A DNA stretch of 50,800 nt, from NCBI GenBank assembly GCA_003427395.1, contig BFEA01000001.1:9145457-9196256 (forward strand), read 5' to 3'. The position numbers and the translations under genes were made by a program. The notes below the pieces were generated by a model. That model saw nothing but the letters and a program-made list of their open reading frames with translations, was not told the DNA's origin and did not search any database. The DNA comes from Chara braunii. Taxonomy: Eukaryota; Plantae; Charophyceae. Shown here one piece after another: positions 9,478 through 21,300 of this stretch (its first letter is position 1; each line of letters starts with the position of its first letter).

Positions 9478-10330
9478 ATGGGCCTCGATGCACTATTCGT
9501 GAAATGTGCTTTTTCAGGAGCTGCTCATAGCTGCACTGCTCGGTGAATTTGGCCGTCCGAAAACACATCAAGAGCTGTCAGACGTTACTCTTGCATCTGT
9601 CAAGAGCTGTCCCCGCTGCACTACTCTTGCCTTGGGTCTTGCTGCACTACTCTCCACTCTCCGGGAAATCGGAGAGTACGCGGAGAGTTGTCAGACTCTC
9701 TGATTTCCCGGATTTTGGGTCATCGCTGCACTAACTCTACAAACGCAGACTCTACAACTATCAAGGGTACAAAACGACAGCTCAAAGTCCCCGTTTGTCT
9801 GCCCAGACTCAAGGTTCACTCTGCAGATTTGGAGCAAATCGGTGGTTCCTTTGAAGGTCTATCCGCGTAACGGATTTAGCAGGCTGGGCGCTCTCCGGCG
9901 TGGGAGAGCACAATTCTTTTGTGGTTTCTGACAGCTCTCCGAATTTCTTTTGGGGTTCTGAAGTAGAGTTAGTGCAGTGATGCATAACTCTCCGAATTTT
10001 TGCGAAGTAGAGTAGTGCAGCAAGACCCCTTGTCTCTCCTCGTGAAAATGCTTTTCACCAGCTGTCAGGGCACCGTCGGTCGAAGACTTGCTAGAGTGCT
10101 CTTGCATGCCTGCCTGCAACCAAGGTTTTTGCAAGGGTGGTCGGATTGTTTATTGAAAGGGCGCGGGATTTCTAGAGCGAGCCTGGGTCTGGATGGACAA
10201 ACCAGGCTGCACTGCACTCCAGGATTCACAAGAGCGTGACAAGGCCATCGCCCATTTAAAAAAAAAAAAAGAAGATATTTCGACGACAAAATTATGCATC
10301 TGGGCGGGACTTCGTCCAGGTGCAGGCTAT
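9478..10330. mobile_element. Decayed cluster of MITE-like sequences with repeated CTGCACTACTC motifs in both orientations
   Basis: Motif forward near 9531, 9616, 9642 and 9726; inverted near 9965 and 10009. Confidence 0.5.
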
Positions 10331-10406
10331 GCAAAAAGGGTTTTTTTTTTTTTTTTTTTTTTTTTTAACAGACGGGGAACCGTGCTGGCGCCTCTTGACC
10401 CTTATT

Positions 10407-10527
10407 GGCCCTGGCTGCACTACTCTCCCAGTTTTTTACAGACGGGAATCCACGGCTAGAACATGCAAAGATGCATTCAACATCTTTTCAGTCTTTTGTG
10501 AATGTGGAGAGTAGTGCAGCCCGGGCC
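10407..10527. mobile_element. 121-bp MITE (Harbinger-like)
   Basis: TIRs GGCCCTGGCTGCACTACTCTCC / GGAGAGTAGTGCAGCCCGGGCC; TSD ATT at 10404-10406 and 10528-10530. Confidence 0.85.
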
Positions 10528-11229
10528 ATTACTGTGTTCCCCTATCCCAGTGGCCTCACCAGCCCAACTCTGACTTGCGTTTAACTAATTTGAGCTTATT
10601 TATCCTTATGAAACCTAACTCTAAATTGTCTATACCATGCTGTGTTTCCTATATTTGTTTCCAACTCTGCGGCGAGCCTCCAGAGGCTCGCTAGAGGCCT
10701 CTGCGAAGGGGACAGACTGTGAAAAATAAGTACAACAACAACAAATGCTGTGTCCTACAAAAAGAAAGTGGAATCAGTCCTGCAAATGACCCCACTGTGA
10801 ACTCTAGCCCTACAATAGGTCACTCACTGCAGGCAACCAATACACTATAATTGTTAATTGATAGATCAACTGATAGTCTGATAGACGCAATCCGACAAGT
10901 AGCCTACTTCAGCTGCACCAAAAGTTGGTTTTTCAGGGGTCCTACCATCTATCTGCACACGAACATAACGCACCCCCATTCATTTTTACGGTGCGTTATG
11001 TTGGGGGAAGACCGTAGGGGGTTCAGAACTGTAGTATTCTACCCATCTGCATGTTGGGGGGAGTTCGAACTCAGGTTTGAATTTCAAGTTTCAACAGTTC
11101 AGGGGTGTACCCACTGAGACCCAGAGTCAGGCCAGTTGGTGCAAGGCAGCTTTTGGGAGTGACAAGTGGCAGTTTTCTGAAGTGCCCATTGCGGTTGTCA
11201 TCCTGCCAGTGGACGAAAGCGGTGACACT

Positions 11230-11348
11230 GTCCTTCCAGACGTCCGTTAAAATTGGAATGATACAGAGAAGATAAGCATGGCCCCTGCACAACGATGACA
11301 CGCATAAATCGAGAAATGGTCCAAATTAAAAAAAAAAAAAAAAAAAAA
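11230..11348 (+). pseudogene. U6: U6 snRNA processed (retro) pseudogene with poly(A) tail
   Basis: TAAAATTGGAATGATACAGAGAAGATAAGCATGGCCCCTGCACAACGATGACACGCATAAATCGAGAAATGGTCCAAATT matches plant U6 with a few substitutions; A-tract at 11328-11348; TSD GGTGACA at 11221-11227 and 11349-11355. Confidence 0.93.
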
Positions 11349-11881
11349 GGTGACATGTAGTCGGCTGCAGGACACGAGTTCTAACAGAGTCCCAATGTGG
11401 CAATGTGGAATTAAGTCCGTGTTAATTGGAATGCTGGACCCGGTTTTCAGCACGTGATGCTCCCCACCAATAGATGGAGCCTTCACGTATGGGCCCGCTT
11501 CAGGTAGATGCTCTTATCCCTACATCAAGCGGTACGCTTTATCAAAGCTTCTTCCAACAACAAAAAGAGGACTCTTTTTCCTTTTTATAACAGTATGACT
11601 TTTTGAGCTGCACTGTCAGGCCGTAGTTACATCCAGCAAAGTCCTACCCCCTTCACCGAAACAGAATGCCCGCCGGTCATTATAGTTGTAATTGGTGCAA
11701 CATCCACTCCAGATAACGGCAATAATTACCGGGCGTTCTATTCGGGTACATGTAGTGTCAGTGCAGTCCTAGTGTGAGTATTCTGGTTGACGCAGACAAG
11801 GTGCTGTATACACCCAGGTCCAGACGTAGAAAAAAAAAAACACATTTTCTTTTTCCTTTTTTCCCTCTTTTTTTGGGGGGT

Positions 11882-12823
11882 TGTGACGAGCTGCTTTCCG
11901 TAAACGCGCGACTTTCTGCGCGGCTGTACTTCGGGGCTTGATCGGGAACGGCCGCCCAATTACACGAATGCCCTCGTCTTTTGGAAAAAGGGTGGTCCCA
12001 CGACGGTTGGTAATCAATCGCGCCTTAGTGGCCGCGGAAATAACTTTTGCCATAGCTTTTTTCTTGTTCTGCTGTGAGGTTGGGAAATTTCGGCGCAATC
12101 GTCGCACGGGGAAATCGTTTTTGAATTTTCAAACTGATGTCGAGCCACACGTGTTCTCGGAATCTGTTTTTGCAATTAGGACTTTAATTAGGCTAGGAAT
12201 TCGGGTGCAGCGTAATTCTGCCTGCAACTGCACGATGCTTCTTGCTTGCTCGCGCTTTGCCGCACCAGGGCCTGTGCTCTGGCTTCTCCGCGCCTCAATC
12301 CCGCACGTAACTGTAATTCTCTTCTTGGCAAATGCAAATGTAACTGTAATCTTCTCTTTCTTGATATCTTCATCGCGCCTCTGCGCGCGCATACTTTCCT
12401 CGATCTTATTGGCCTGAACGGTGCATGACTGGATCGATGCATGGAGAGTGGCTACATTCCCCATGCCGCGGCCTGGCCATCCAGCCTTAGGCATTTCCTC
12501 CCTTCTTCTTCCCTCCCACTCAGGCGTAATCCCGGTTATCTCGCGCAGATGCTCATGCTATAAATCCCGCAGGCGCGATTAACTCGCTCTCTAATCAACT
12601 TTGGAGTTTGCGCGGTCAAGAGGATCGGCTAACGGGTAGGAGCAAGACGGTGAGTAGGGAGTTGGGCGATCCGACGGGCTGGTGCTGGGTATGCGGGGTT
12701 AACGTGTGGCTACGAAGGACTGTGGCACACGGGCGAACCTGGCTTGCATGTTCAGAGTAAGCGGGGTGACAACTCTGTGTGAGTAGTAGGTGCGAGGCGA
12801 TGAACTGCCCGCATCGGGGTGGT

Positions 12824-12895
<72 letters not shown>

Positions 12896-12896
12896 N

Positions 12897-12962
<66 letters not shown>

Positions 12963-13383
12963 GATGTGTTGGAATGGTATTTTTCTTCGACTGTTCTGTG
13001 GAATCTGCGCAATTTTGATGCTTGGCGCAAGTGCAGCGGACCATCATCTGCCCTGGCCTATAGCCAGGGCCTATTTGGCTATTTGCCAGTTCGGCCTATG
13101 GGACCAGGCCGTGGCCTGACCCCACAGGCAGTGTACTGTTTCAGTCCAGTTCAGTCCTGCCCGGTATCACTGTCGGTACCAGGCCAGTCTTGTCCAGTCC
13201 GCTGGGGTTATACCCCAGCTGCAGTCTGTATTTCATCATTCTTGACTTTTGCACATCTTGGAATACGTGCGTGTTGAGTCAACGTCGGAGTTGTGTTGTC
13301 CCTTCCAGCTCCATCTCTACATCCTCCTTCGTCAACTTTTCTTCTCCATCCTAACGAACCGCGAACCCCGCGGGTCCGGCACA
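11882..13383 (+). mobile_element. 5' LTR of a Ty3/Gypsy element
   Basis: Begins TGTGACG and ends CA just before the PBS; CTATAAAT near 12559; homologous to 45263-45699 plus 48071-48625. Confidence 0.7.
12826..12957. repeat. (GA)n microsatellite inside the LTR
   Basis: Directly visible. Confidence 0.97.
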
Positions 13384-13384
13384 C

Positions 13385-13396
13385 TGGTATCAGAGC
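13385..13396 (+). promoter_or_regulatory. Primer-binding site complementary to initiator tRNA-Met
   Basis: TGGTATCAGAGC, one nucleotide after the LTR-terminal CA. Confidence 0.85.
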
Positions 13397-13665
13397 GGGA
13401 ATGGTCCTTGCTCCAACCCGCCCACCCCCCCGTAACAGGGAGAAATTGGTGTTATCCTGATAGCGGGATTTTCAGGGGGTTGCAGGGCGAAAACAATGAA
13501 ATACCGGGAGCGTGCAGAGGCTAACACGTGGGGAGAAAAGAGAGTTACCGTCACGACTTATGCACACAAGGGCCAAGGCCAAGGCCGCCGCATGTGCACG
13601 CACCGCGCGCACTCGCCCACGCTGCCCCGCCCCGCTCCCAAATTATATTATTGAAGATCCGGGAT

Positions 13666-13749
13666 GTTGCACCTGCCAGGGTTTGAACCTGGGTAGCCGC
13701 TGCTCATGCGCGTGTGTGGCCAGTGCCTTAACACACTGGCCAAAGCCAC
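13666..13749 (-). pseudogene. tRNA-derived sequence (SINE head or tRNA pseudogene)
   Basis: Minus strand has A-box-like TGGCCAGTGTGTTAAGG and a T-arm CCAGG-TTCAAAC-CCTGG; acceptor and anticodon arms do not pair well. Confidence 0.55.
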
Positions 13750-15471
13750 AGTATGAGCTCATATGGTGGCTTGCTGCTGTTAAAGTGGCACAACGCCTAT
13801 TTACACCCCTTTCCCCCGCGTCACCGAGCAGCGAGCAGCGTGCGGGAAGACAACTGTTTGCCCCCCTTCCCCTGGTGGGTGCTGCCGCCTGCGCACGTGG
13901 CTGTGTGCTGCCTCTCTGCAGTGCAACGTGGCAGCTTGTTGTGGATCTTGAAGACCCCCCCGGCTAGGGGGCTGCACTACAGTGCCATCTGGGTGGCTGA
14001 TCAAGATCTCAGGGCATCCCAGAAATTACTTTTTTTTGCAGTGGCATCAGACCAGCAATATTTTGAAGCCCAAGATCCTGTGGATCTTGGTAGTGCTCTG
14101 CTCTTGGCCACCCAAGAGCTCGGTATCACCATCCTACCCACTAACCTGCTCTCCCCCAACCCCTTTTCTCTCTCCTCCCCCATCATCTAATCATTTTTTT
14201 TAACCCTACCACTTCTCTCTCTTCCTACCTCCCTCTTATTCATCTTCCACAACCTTTTTCTCTCCTCTCCTCCCCACTCACCATCTTTTACTAATCTCAT
14301 CTACTCCTATCCACCTTTTCTGTATCCTTTTCTCCCATTCTACCACCCACCTCTCCCTCTTCCCCCCCCTAACTACACGTTGAACCCCATCATTTCCCCC
14401 ATCTCCCCCTTCACTCTTTTTCTCTTTCTCACCTATTTCTCTCTTTTCTTTTTATTTTTTTATCCCTCCCCCCCCCAACTTTGAAAATTTTCTATTTTTC
14501 TTCTTTTTATCTTTCTTTTGATTTATATTTCCTCATTTTTTCCAAAAATTCGAACTATCTTATTCCCCACCTTGTTGTCTCATTTTTTGATTTATTTCAT
14601 TTTATTTTTTTATTTATTCTGAAAATTCGAATTTCTTTGCGGCACGCTCAAATCTGATTAGGAGTCAGCCATTCTTGCTTTCGGCATACATTTCGACCCC
14701 GTGGGAGTAACAAGGTGCTGCTGAAATTTTCTGTGTTTTCTTTTACTTAGTCTTTTTCAACACGCAAAATTTTCTAATTTTACTTACTCTTTCTTCTTAA
14801 CGGCACACTTCGACCCCATGGGGGTAACGAAATGCTGCTAAAAGTTTTGAAAAAAAACAACACATAGTTTCTCTTCACCCCCTCATCTACTTATTTATTT
14901 ATTTATTTTTCTAAAAATTATCATTTGCGGCATTGTAAAACTTTGTGTGCTTCTCTTAGTCTCTCCTTCCTCTTTGCACCTTTGTGACCCCGTTGGGATA
15001 GGAAAATGCTGCAGAAAATGTAAAAAAGAGTAGTTTTTTTTTTCTCATCTTTTGCTTATTTCTTTCTTTCTTTATTTTTATTATTATTATTATTTTTTTT
15101 TATCTCGAAATTTTACTGTTTTTTTTTTTTTTTTTTCTCCCTCTCCTCTCCATGGTTATTATTTCCTTTTCTTGATTAGGCCGTCACTAACCTCCCCTAA
15201 CCACTCAAACCCCGGTTAGGGTTTTCTTAGGATTTTTTTAGAGTTTAGGGTTCTCCTAACCCCTCTACTCTCCCGCCTCCTCCGGTCGGGCACCCTGGAC
15301 CCGAACGACTCCTCACCCCTCGACCGGATTCACGCCACGATCTCACGCACGACCCGCTGGTCACGGGGCGAGCCGACCCACGACTACCCACTCTGCTCTT
15401 GCGGTCCCCTCCCTCTCACCTGTGGTCTTCTGTCCCCATACCACAACCCATTTCTCCCCCCATCTCCCACA

Positions 15472-18318
15472 ATGTCTACCTCTCTTCCTCCACCGCCCAC
15501 GAACAGGGCTACAGCTGAGGAGCTCGTCGTGGCACCGTCCACCTTTTAGGCGTCCACCCACCAAACGGTCCAGGGTCATCCCTCTATGGACCTCACGGAC
15601 CTTCGCGTTGTCCTTGCGTCTCTCCTTGCACCTCTTCAAGCGCGACTCGATGCGCTCGCACTGCTGGAGAGGCAAGTCAATGCGCTTACCCTTGAAGTTC
15701 ACTGCCTCAAGCGCTCTCCTCACCGCTCTCAGACCCCATCCCGTACCAGCTCTGAGTTCGGATCTCCACAACTTCAGGGAGGGAGACGTGGTGGTTCTTC
15801 CTCCTCCGCGGGCAAGACCCAGCACTCCCCCTCCACAAAGGTGACTGCTGCTGCCGCTCAGACCATACCGTCTATTGCGGCAAATCCATTGGCCCCCGCC
15901 GCTCCCGCCGCCCCTGCCGCTTCGGCCACTGCCACATGTGTTGTCGCCCAGATACGCGTATCTGGCCAGGCAGTTTCATCTACCCACCCCGGTGTTGCTT
16001 CCCAGCTTCATGCACCGGTCGCGACACTACGGTCCAAAGTTCTCCCTCCTCCTGCTAGGGTACTCTCTCCGCCTCCTCCACCTCTGACCCCACGCACCTA
16101 GCGAGTGGCTACCCTACAGGTCACTGTAGTGCAACTCTAGGCGAGATTCACTCCCTGAGACAGCCTCACCCTTCATAGGCTGCTCACCCTTCTTCTTCCT
16201 ATACCGCCCCTCCCACCTCTGTCTTGCCGGCTCGTTTCCCTCGACCGACTCCCCCCCCTCTACCCTACTACCTCGCTACTCCGTCATAGTCGGCTGCGGC
16301 TGTTGTTTCCACGCCTGCTGGACCTTCCACCAGCAGACCCGACTCCCGGCCTGCTACCACTTCCACGACTGCACCGGCCTTGACATTTACCGCCGCAGTG
16401 CAGGCCCCTCGACCTCTCCCCCCTCGCTGTCAGCACAACGGTCCCACCCTTGTGCGTCTGTCGGACGTACCCGACTTCGATGGTACAATGCGTGTGTCGC
16501 ACTGGTTGCAGGCTGCCACACGCTCGACACTGATTGACACTAGCTCGACGTTGTGGTGCTTCCCGCTCGCAACTAAATTGTGAGGCAGCGCGTTCTCCGT
16601 ATGGGATAACTATTATTCCCATCGTACTCGCGCGGGTGTGGCTCCTACTCTAGCGGATTTCACCGCGTTCCTCCACCGCTACGACACTCTCCACGATGCG
16701 ACTGACGCCTTAGATCGGGTCACCCAGACGCAGTGGCGCGGGTCCTCCGCACCAACCGATCTTCAGCGTCACATTAGAGTGTGTCAGGATGCCCGCCTCA
16801 TTTGCGATGAGGCACTCCTACCTGAGGTCCTTTTGACCAACAGTTTCTTAGTTAGTCTTCTGACTGACTACCGCATCGAGCTCTGGCGACAGATCTTCGC
16901 CTCCTCTGAGCAGGCCTACGAGGCTGTCGACAGTACCAGAAGATGTGAAGTCGCTTCTTCGACGCCCCATCTTTTTCGCTATCCACTGCCGCCGCCACCC
17001 AGTCACGCGGCACCACGCGCGGTCGATCCTCCTTCGCCGGCCGCTTTCACCGACCAGCTCGACATGGATCGCCCTTCTCTCGGCGCTACAGTTCTCTAGA
17101 GTACGGCAAGGACGCCTCGACCAAGCTTGACCCTACCCTTGGGGACGCCCCCGAGGACATCCTGCTCCGAGACGTCATCCAGTATCATTTGGTGACGACA
17201 CTGTTTCGGTGGCCGAGCGCCTGCAGATGGTTATGTCCGCCATAGGTCGTGCACGCAGTCAGGTTGCACAGGCAAGCGCCCGCACGATCACGGTTCCTCA
17301 GATAGACCTCCCGCAGGGTTTTGTTCCTCCTCGCGGAGCTCTATTTCCTGAGGAGCGTGCCACGCTCGAGGCCCGTCGAGGTTGCCTTCGTTGCCGCCAG
17401 GATGGACACACCTCCTAACGGTGTCCATACCATGCCGCACTCGATCGGCACTAGGAAGACATTTCTCGTTAGCATTGATCTCAGTCCCCCCCGACCCCGC
17501 CCAGCCAGCCCCACCCAGCTAGCCACGGTGCAGTGTACCGTTGAGGCCTCGCACGTAGCCGACTTCCCGACCACCGAGTCCCGGTTTGCCCCTTTGGCTA
17601 CCCCACGAGAGGATCCTCAGGACACGACAGACGCAGTTTCCTCTGCCCCACCGTTTGTCGAGGTACTGTCTGCCCCACAACAGACCGCCGCATCTACTCC
17701 TTCCCCTTTGAGACTTCCGATGCATCGCACCATTCGCGCAACTCATAGTGCCCAGCTGGCGACTCGCGATGACGTTGTGTCATCTCTCTTGGACTTGAAC
17801 ATCCTTCAGGCTCGCCAGGAGCGACTCAGGACACGTAAATGTCCTGCTTCGTCTTCTCGCTCTGCTCTCTGACCCTTATCGCACCCTCCGTATTATATCT
17901 ATTCGCTTGGGGACATCTACGAGGGTGTACCACGCTTTATGAGACTCTAACTTGCAGGGAGGCTTCGTTCACCCTCGTGTGGTCGAGGAAGCTCACCTAG
18001 CTACCTTCGGGTCTCGCTCTCCTATCTCCGTTACCCTCGGAGATAACAAGACGCAACGCTTCTTCGATCAGACGGTCCCTGATTTCCACTTCTCCCTCAC
18101 CCTCTAGCCATCGGATAGTACCCAGGCGCCTCGACGCTACAATTCCTCCACATACTTCGACGTGCTAGAGACTGGGTACGACTTTATCCTTGGCAGTCCC
18201 TAGTCTCGCCGGTTCCGTGGCAAAGAGGCCGAATGGGCGACTGAGACACTCGTCCTCAAACGAAGTGTGGTCAAACTCATCGAGTCCCCTTCATTGGAAC
18301 CACGGGCGACACCCCTCC
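15472..18318 (+). pseudogene. Ty3/Gypsy gag-protease remnant
   Basis: Gag-like pieces (VPDFDG...WL; 16638-17099); zinc knuckle CLRCRQDGHTS*RC near 17383-17424; aspartic protease DSN..GGF...ISVTLGD...YDFILGSP*; many stops. Confidence 0.8.
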
Positions 18319-21300
18319 ACCGTTTCTGCAGATCCAAGATCCACCTAAGCGACTTGTTAGGTTTCCGAAACACAAACCATTTATTCGCATACAGCCACGC
18401 ATTGGGTTTTGCTACGAGGGAGTCCATCTTTGCTCTAAGCAATTCCGTCACTTCCCCTGCTACTTCGAAATCGTAGGCAGGCCCCTTGTCGTTCCAACAT
18501 TCATGCTTAACTGTGTGGATCATAACCGGAGGTATCAACTTCATGTCTAATCGTCCATTATGATGGTCATTGAAGGCAAATGCTAGGTGGAATTCTTGAC
18601 ATGCTTCCTTAATCAAACGTGTTTCCTTCTCTATCAAGAATCCCTCCACCCCTATCTTCATGACCCTGTTACTTCGTCCGGTATTCGGTGCCCCTCCGTC
18701 CCTTCTCTCTCTAATCACCCGGAGGACTTTTTCCTCCTTTTCCATGGCTTCCTCCCTTGTTGTCTCTAGCAAGATCGAGACAAGCTTAGCCTTCTTTCCT
18801 ATTGGCTTGTACTTGCGAACACTTCCTTCCGGGATCTTTCTCCTAAAAAATGAACAGCCGAAAACGCCCGTGGTGCTCCGACAATCCGAGGTTGGATACT
18901 GATCAATTTCTCATTCAGGCAGTAGCCTTTTCGAACTTCCCCCTCAAACCTGGCGAGCTATGAAACCGTATGAGCGCGCTTTATCCCCCCCCCGAGCGCT
19001 CAAAGCGCTCAAAGCGCTTAAAAAAAAAAACAAAAAAAAACATGTGCACCTGAGGGGTTGTGCGAGTGCAGGGGATGCCGTAGGGAGAGTTGCACGGGAA
19101 AAAAAAATAGGGGGNNNNNNNNNNNNNNNNNNNNNNNNNNNNNNNNNNNNNNNNNNNNNNNNNNNNNNNNNNNNNNNNNNNNNNNNNNNNNNNNNNNNNN
19201 NNNNNNNNNNNNNNNNNNNNNNNNNNNNNNNNNNNNNNNNNNNNNNNNNNNNNNNNNNNNNNNNNNNNNNNNNNNNNNNNNNNNNNNNNNNNNNNNNNNN
19301 NNNNNNNNNNNNNNNNNNNNNNNNNNNNNNNNNNNNNNNNNNNNNNNNNNNNNNNNNNNNNNNNNNNNNNNNNNNNNNNNNNNNNNNNNNNNNNNNNNNN
19401 NNNNNNNNNNNNNNNNNNNNNNNNNNNNNNNNNNNNNNNNNNNNNNNNNNNNNNNNNNNNNNNNNNNNNNNNNNNNNNNNNNNNNNNNNNNNNNNNNNNN
19501 NNNNNNNNNNNNNNNNNNNNNNNNNNNNNNNNNNNNNNNNNNNNNNNNNNNNNNNNNNNNNNNNNNNNNNNNNNNNNNNNNNNNNNNNNNNNNNNNNNNN
19601 NNNNNAAAAAAAAAAACAACATAGGGTTGTAGATCTACAACCCTATATTTTTTGTTTTTTTTCTTAAGCATTTTTTACCCCCCCCAAAAATATCCCCGCG
19701 CCCTCTCAAACCCCGCTCAAGGCGTTTTGAGCGCGGGATTGAGCGGCGCTCAAGATCTTTATCGCCGACCACGCGCTCAATCAGCGCGCGGTTTCACAGC
19801 TGGCGAGCGCAAGTGGATCCACGCCTCCCTTATGGTACCTAATGGCTTTGACGAGGAGCAGTAAGTCGGGGACTTTAATTGTTATCCTGGACTCCTCATC
19901 TCGAGCTTCCTTTGGTCTAGGCAAGTTGGCTCCCAGTTCGACCTCTGTTTCCTTCTCTAATAGCATAACCCCCAACGTATCGTCTTCCTGTCTTCGTTTT
20001 TTCTGCGGTAATCCCATCTTGACCCATTCTTGCTTGCCGAAGGCTTCTTCGATCATAATTTTTACCCTTTCTCTCATTCCTTTCATTCATACGAAGACCC
20101 CTTTTCTAACACTTTCTTCGAACGAAGGTGACCATGTTGCTATTTTCTCTTTTGGTGTGTCACCCCCTGTCCTGATGAGATGGAGCAACTCACCACGTCC
20201 CGTCACCGCGTCTTCTATGTCTACCATGTATGTCCTATCATGCAGGTGCATCCCTATCATCTTCACATTTGCGCACCAAGGTCTCCCAAGGCTTATGTAG
20301 TCATCCATTTCGTCCATGACAGTCATCCATTGGAATGACCAGATGAACTCCCTAACCCCGACCTTGACTGCACACTTAGTAACATACCCGGAGAAAGAAA
20401 TTTTCCCGCCTGCCCCACGGATGCTTCCATTTGTCTCCTTGTTTACTGCACATTTAGTAATCTTCGCAAAATCCTTCCTAATGAGCGTGATTTCAACCCC
20501 TTCGTCTACCAGCGCATTGGTGTGGTGGCTTCCGATCTGAACTTTCAGCTTCCCCACTGGTAGTGCATGAAAACTAGGTTTCACCCCTGGTGGCGCCCTC
20601 ATAACCTCGCCACCTTCGCGGTCTGGTAGGCTTAGTCGGATGTCTGCGAAAGCCTTTTCTAGGTCTCCCAGGTCCTCCAGAATCCTTTGGAGGTAAGCAA
20701 CTTCTCGCGGTGCCTCCTTTTCCTTCTCTTCTTCCTGATGTTCTGTCTCTTCCTCTATTTCCACTCTTCGTCTCGTTAGTAGTTGCCTAAGGCCTTTCAG
20801 GAGCCTAGGACTTGCTTGTAGCATGGTTTGAAACGAGACCGACACCATGGTCCCTAGCAGCTTGCTAAGGGTGTCATCGATCTCGGACATAGTCAAGATG
20901 AAAATCTGATACCGAATTTTTTTTTTAGCTGAGGTTGCTTTGTCTATAAGAGTCTTTTCTCTAGGTTTCCCGAAAACCTTCTCTTGTTCTTGCGCCTCCG
21001 TTTCCTGTGGCGCTCTCGGACCATCCCCAGCATCTTTCATAACTGCGTCATGTATGACCTTCCTTTCTGTTGTTCGTTGTCTGGTTACCACGTTCACCCT
21101 ATCTTACCCGTCATTCTCCAAGATAAAATTGGCGTGCGTCCCGCGTCCTCGCGCCTGTTCCCAAGCGAGTTCCGCCACTGACTCGACTTTTACTGTGACG
21201 ACGTCAAGGTTGTTAAGTGCAATTATGGGCCAACGCATCCCTCCCGGGGAATTCCAATGCACTTTCTCTCCTAGGGGGCCTATAATTTATCCTCGTAGCG

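Noticed and set aside
10672-10694. GCGAGCCT/AGGCTCGC hairpin next to CTAG as a Helitron 3' end
   Set aside because: The CTAG overlaps the stem rather than lying about 10 nt downstream, and no matching 5' end was found.
12616-13119. ER/LS-repeat ORFs, and X-filled ORFs over gaps (18960-19671, 38666-39526)
   Set aside because: Translations of a microsatellite or of N runs.
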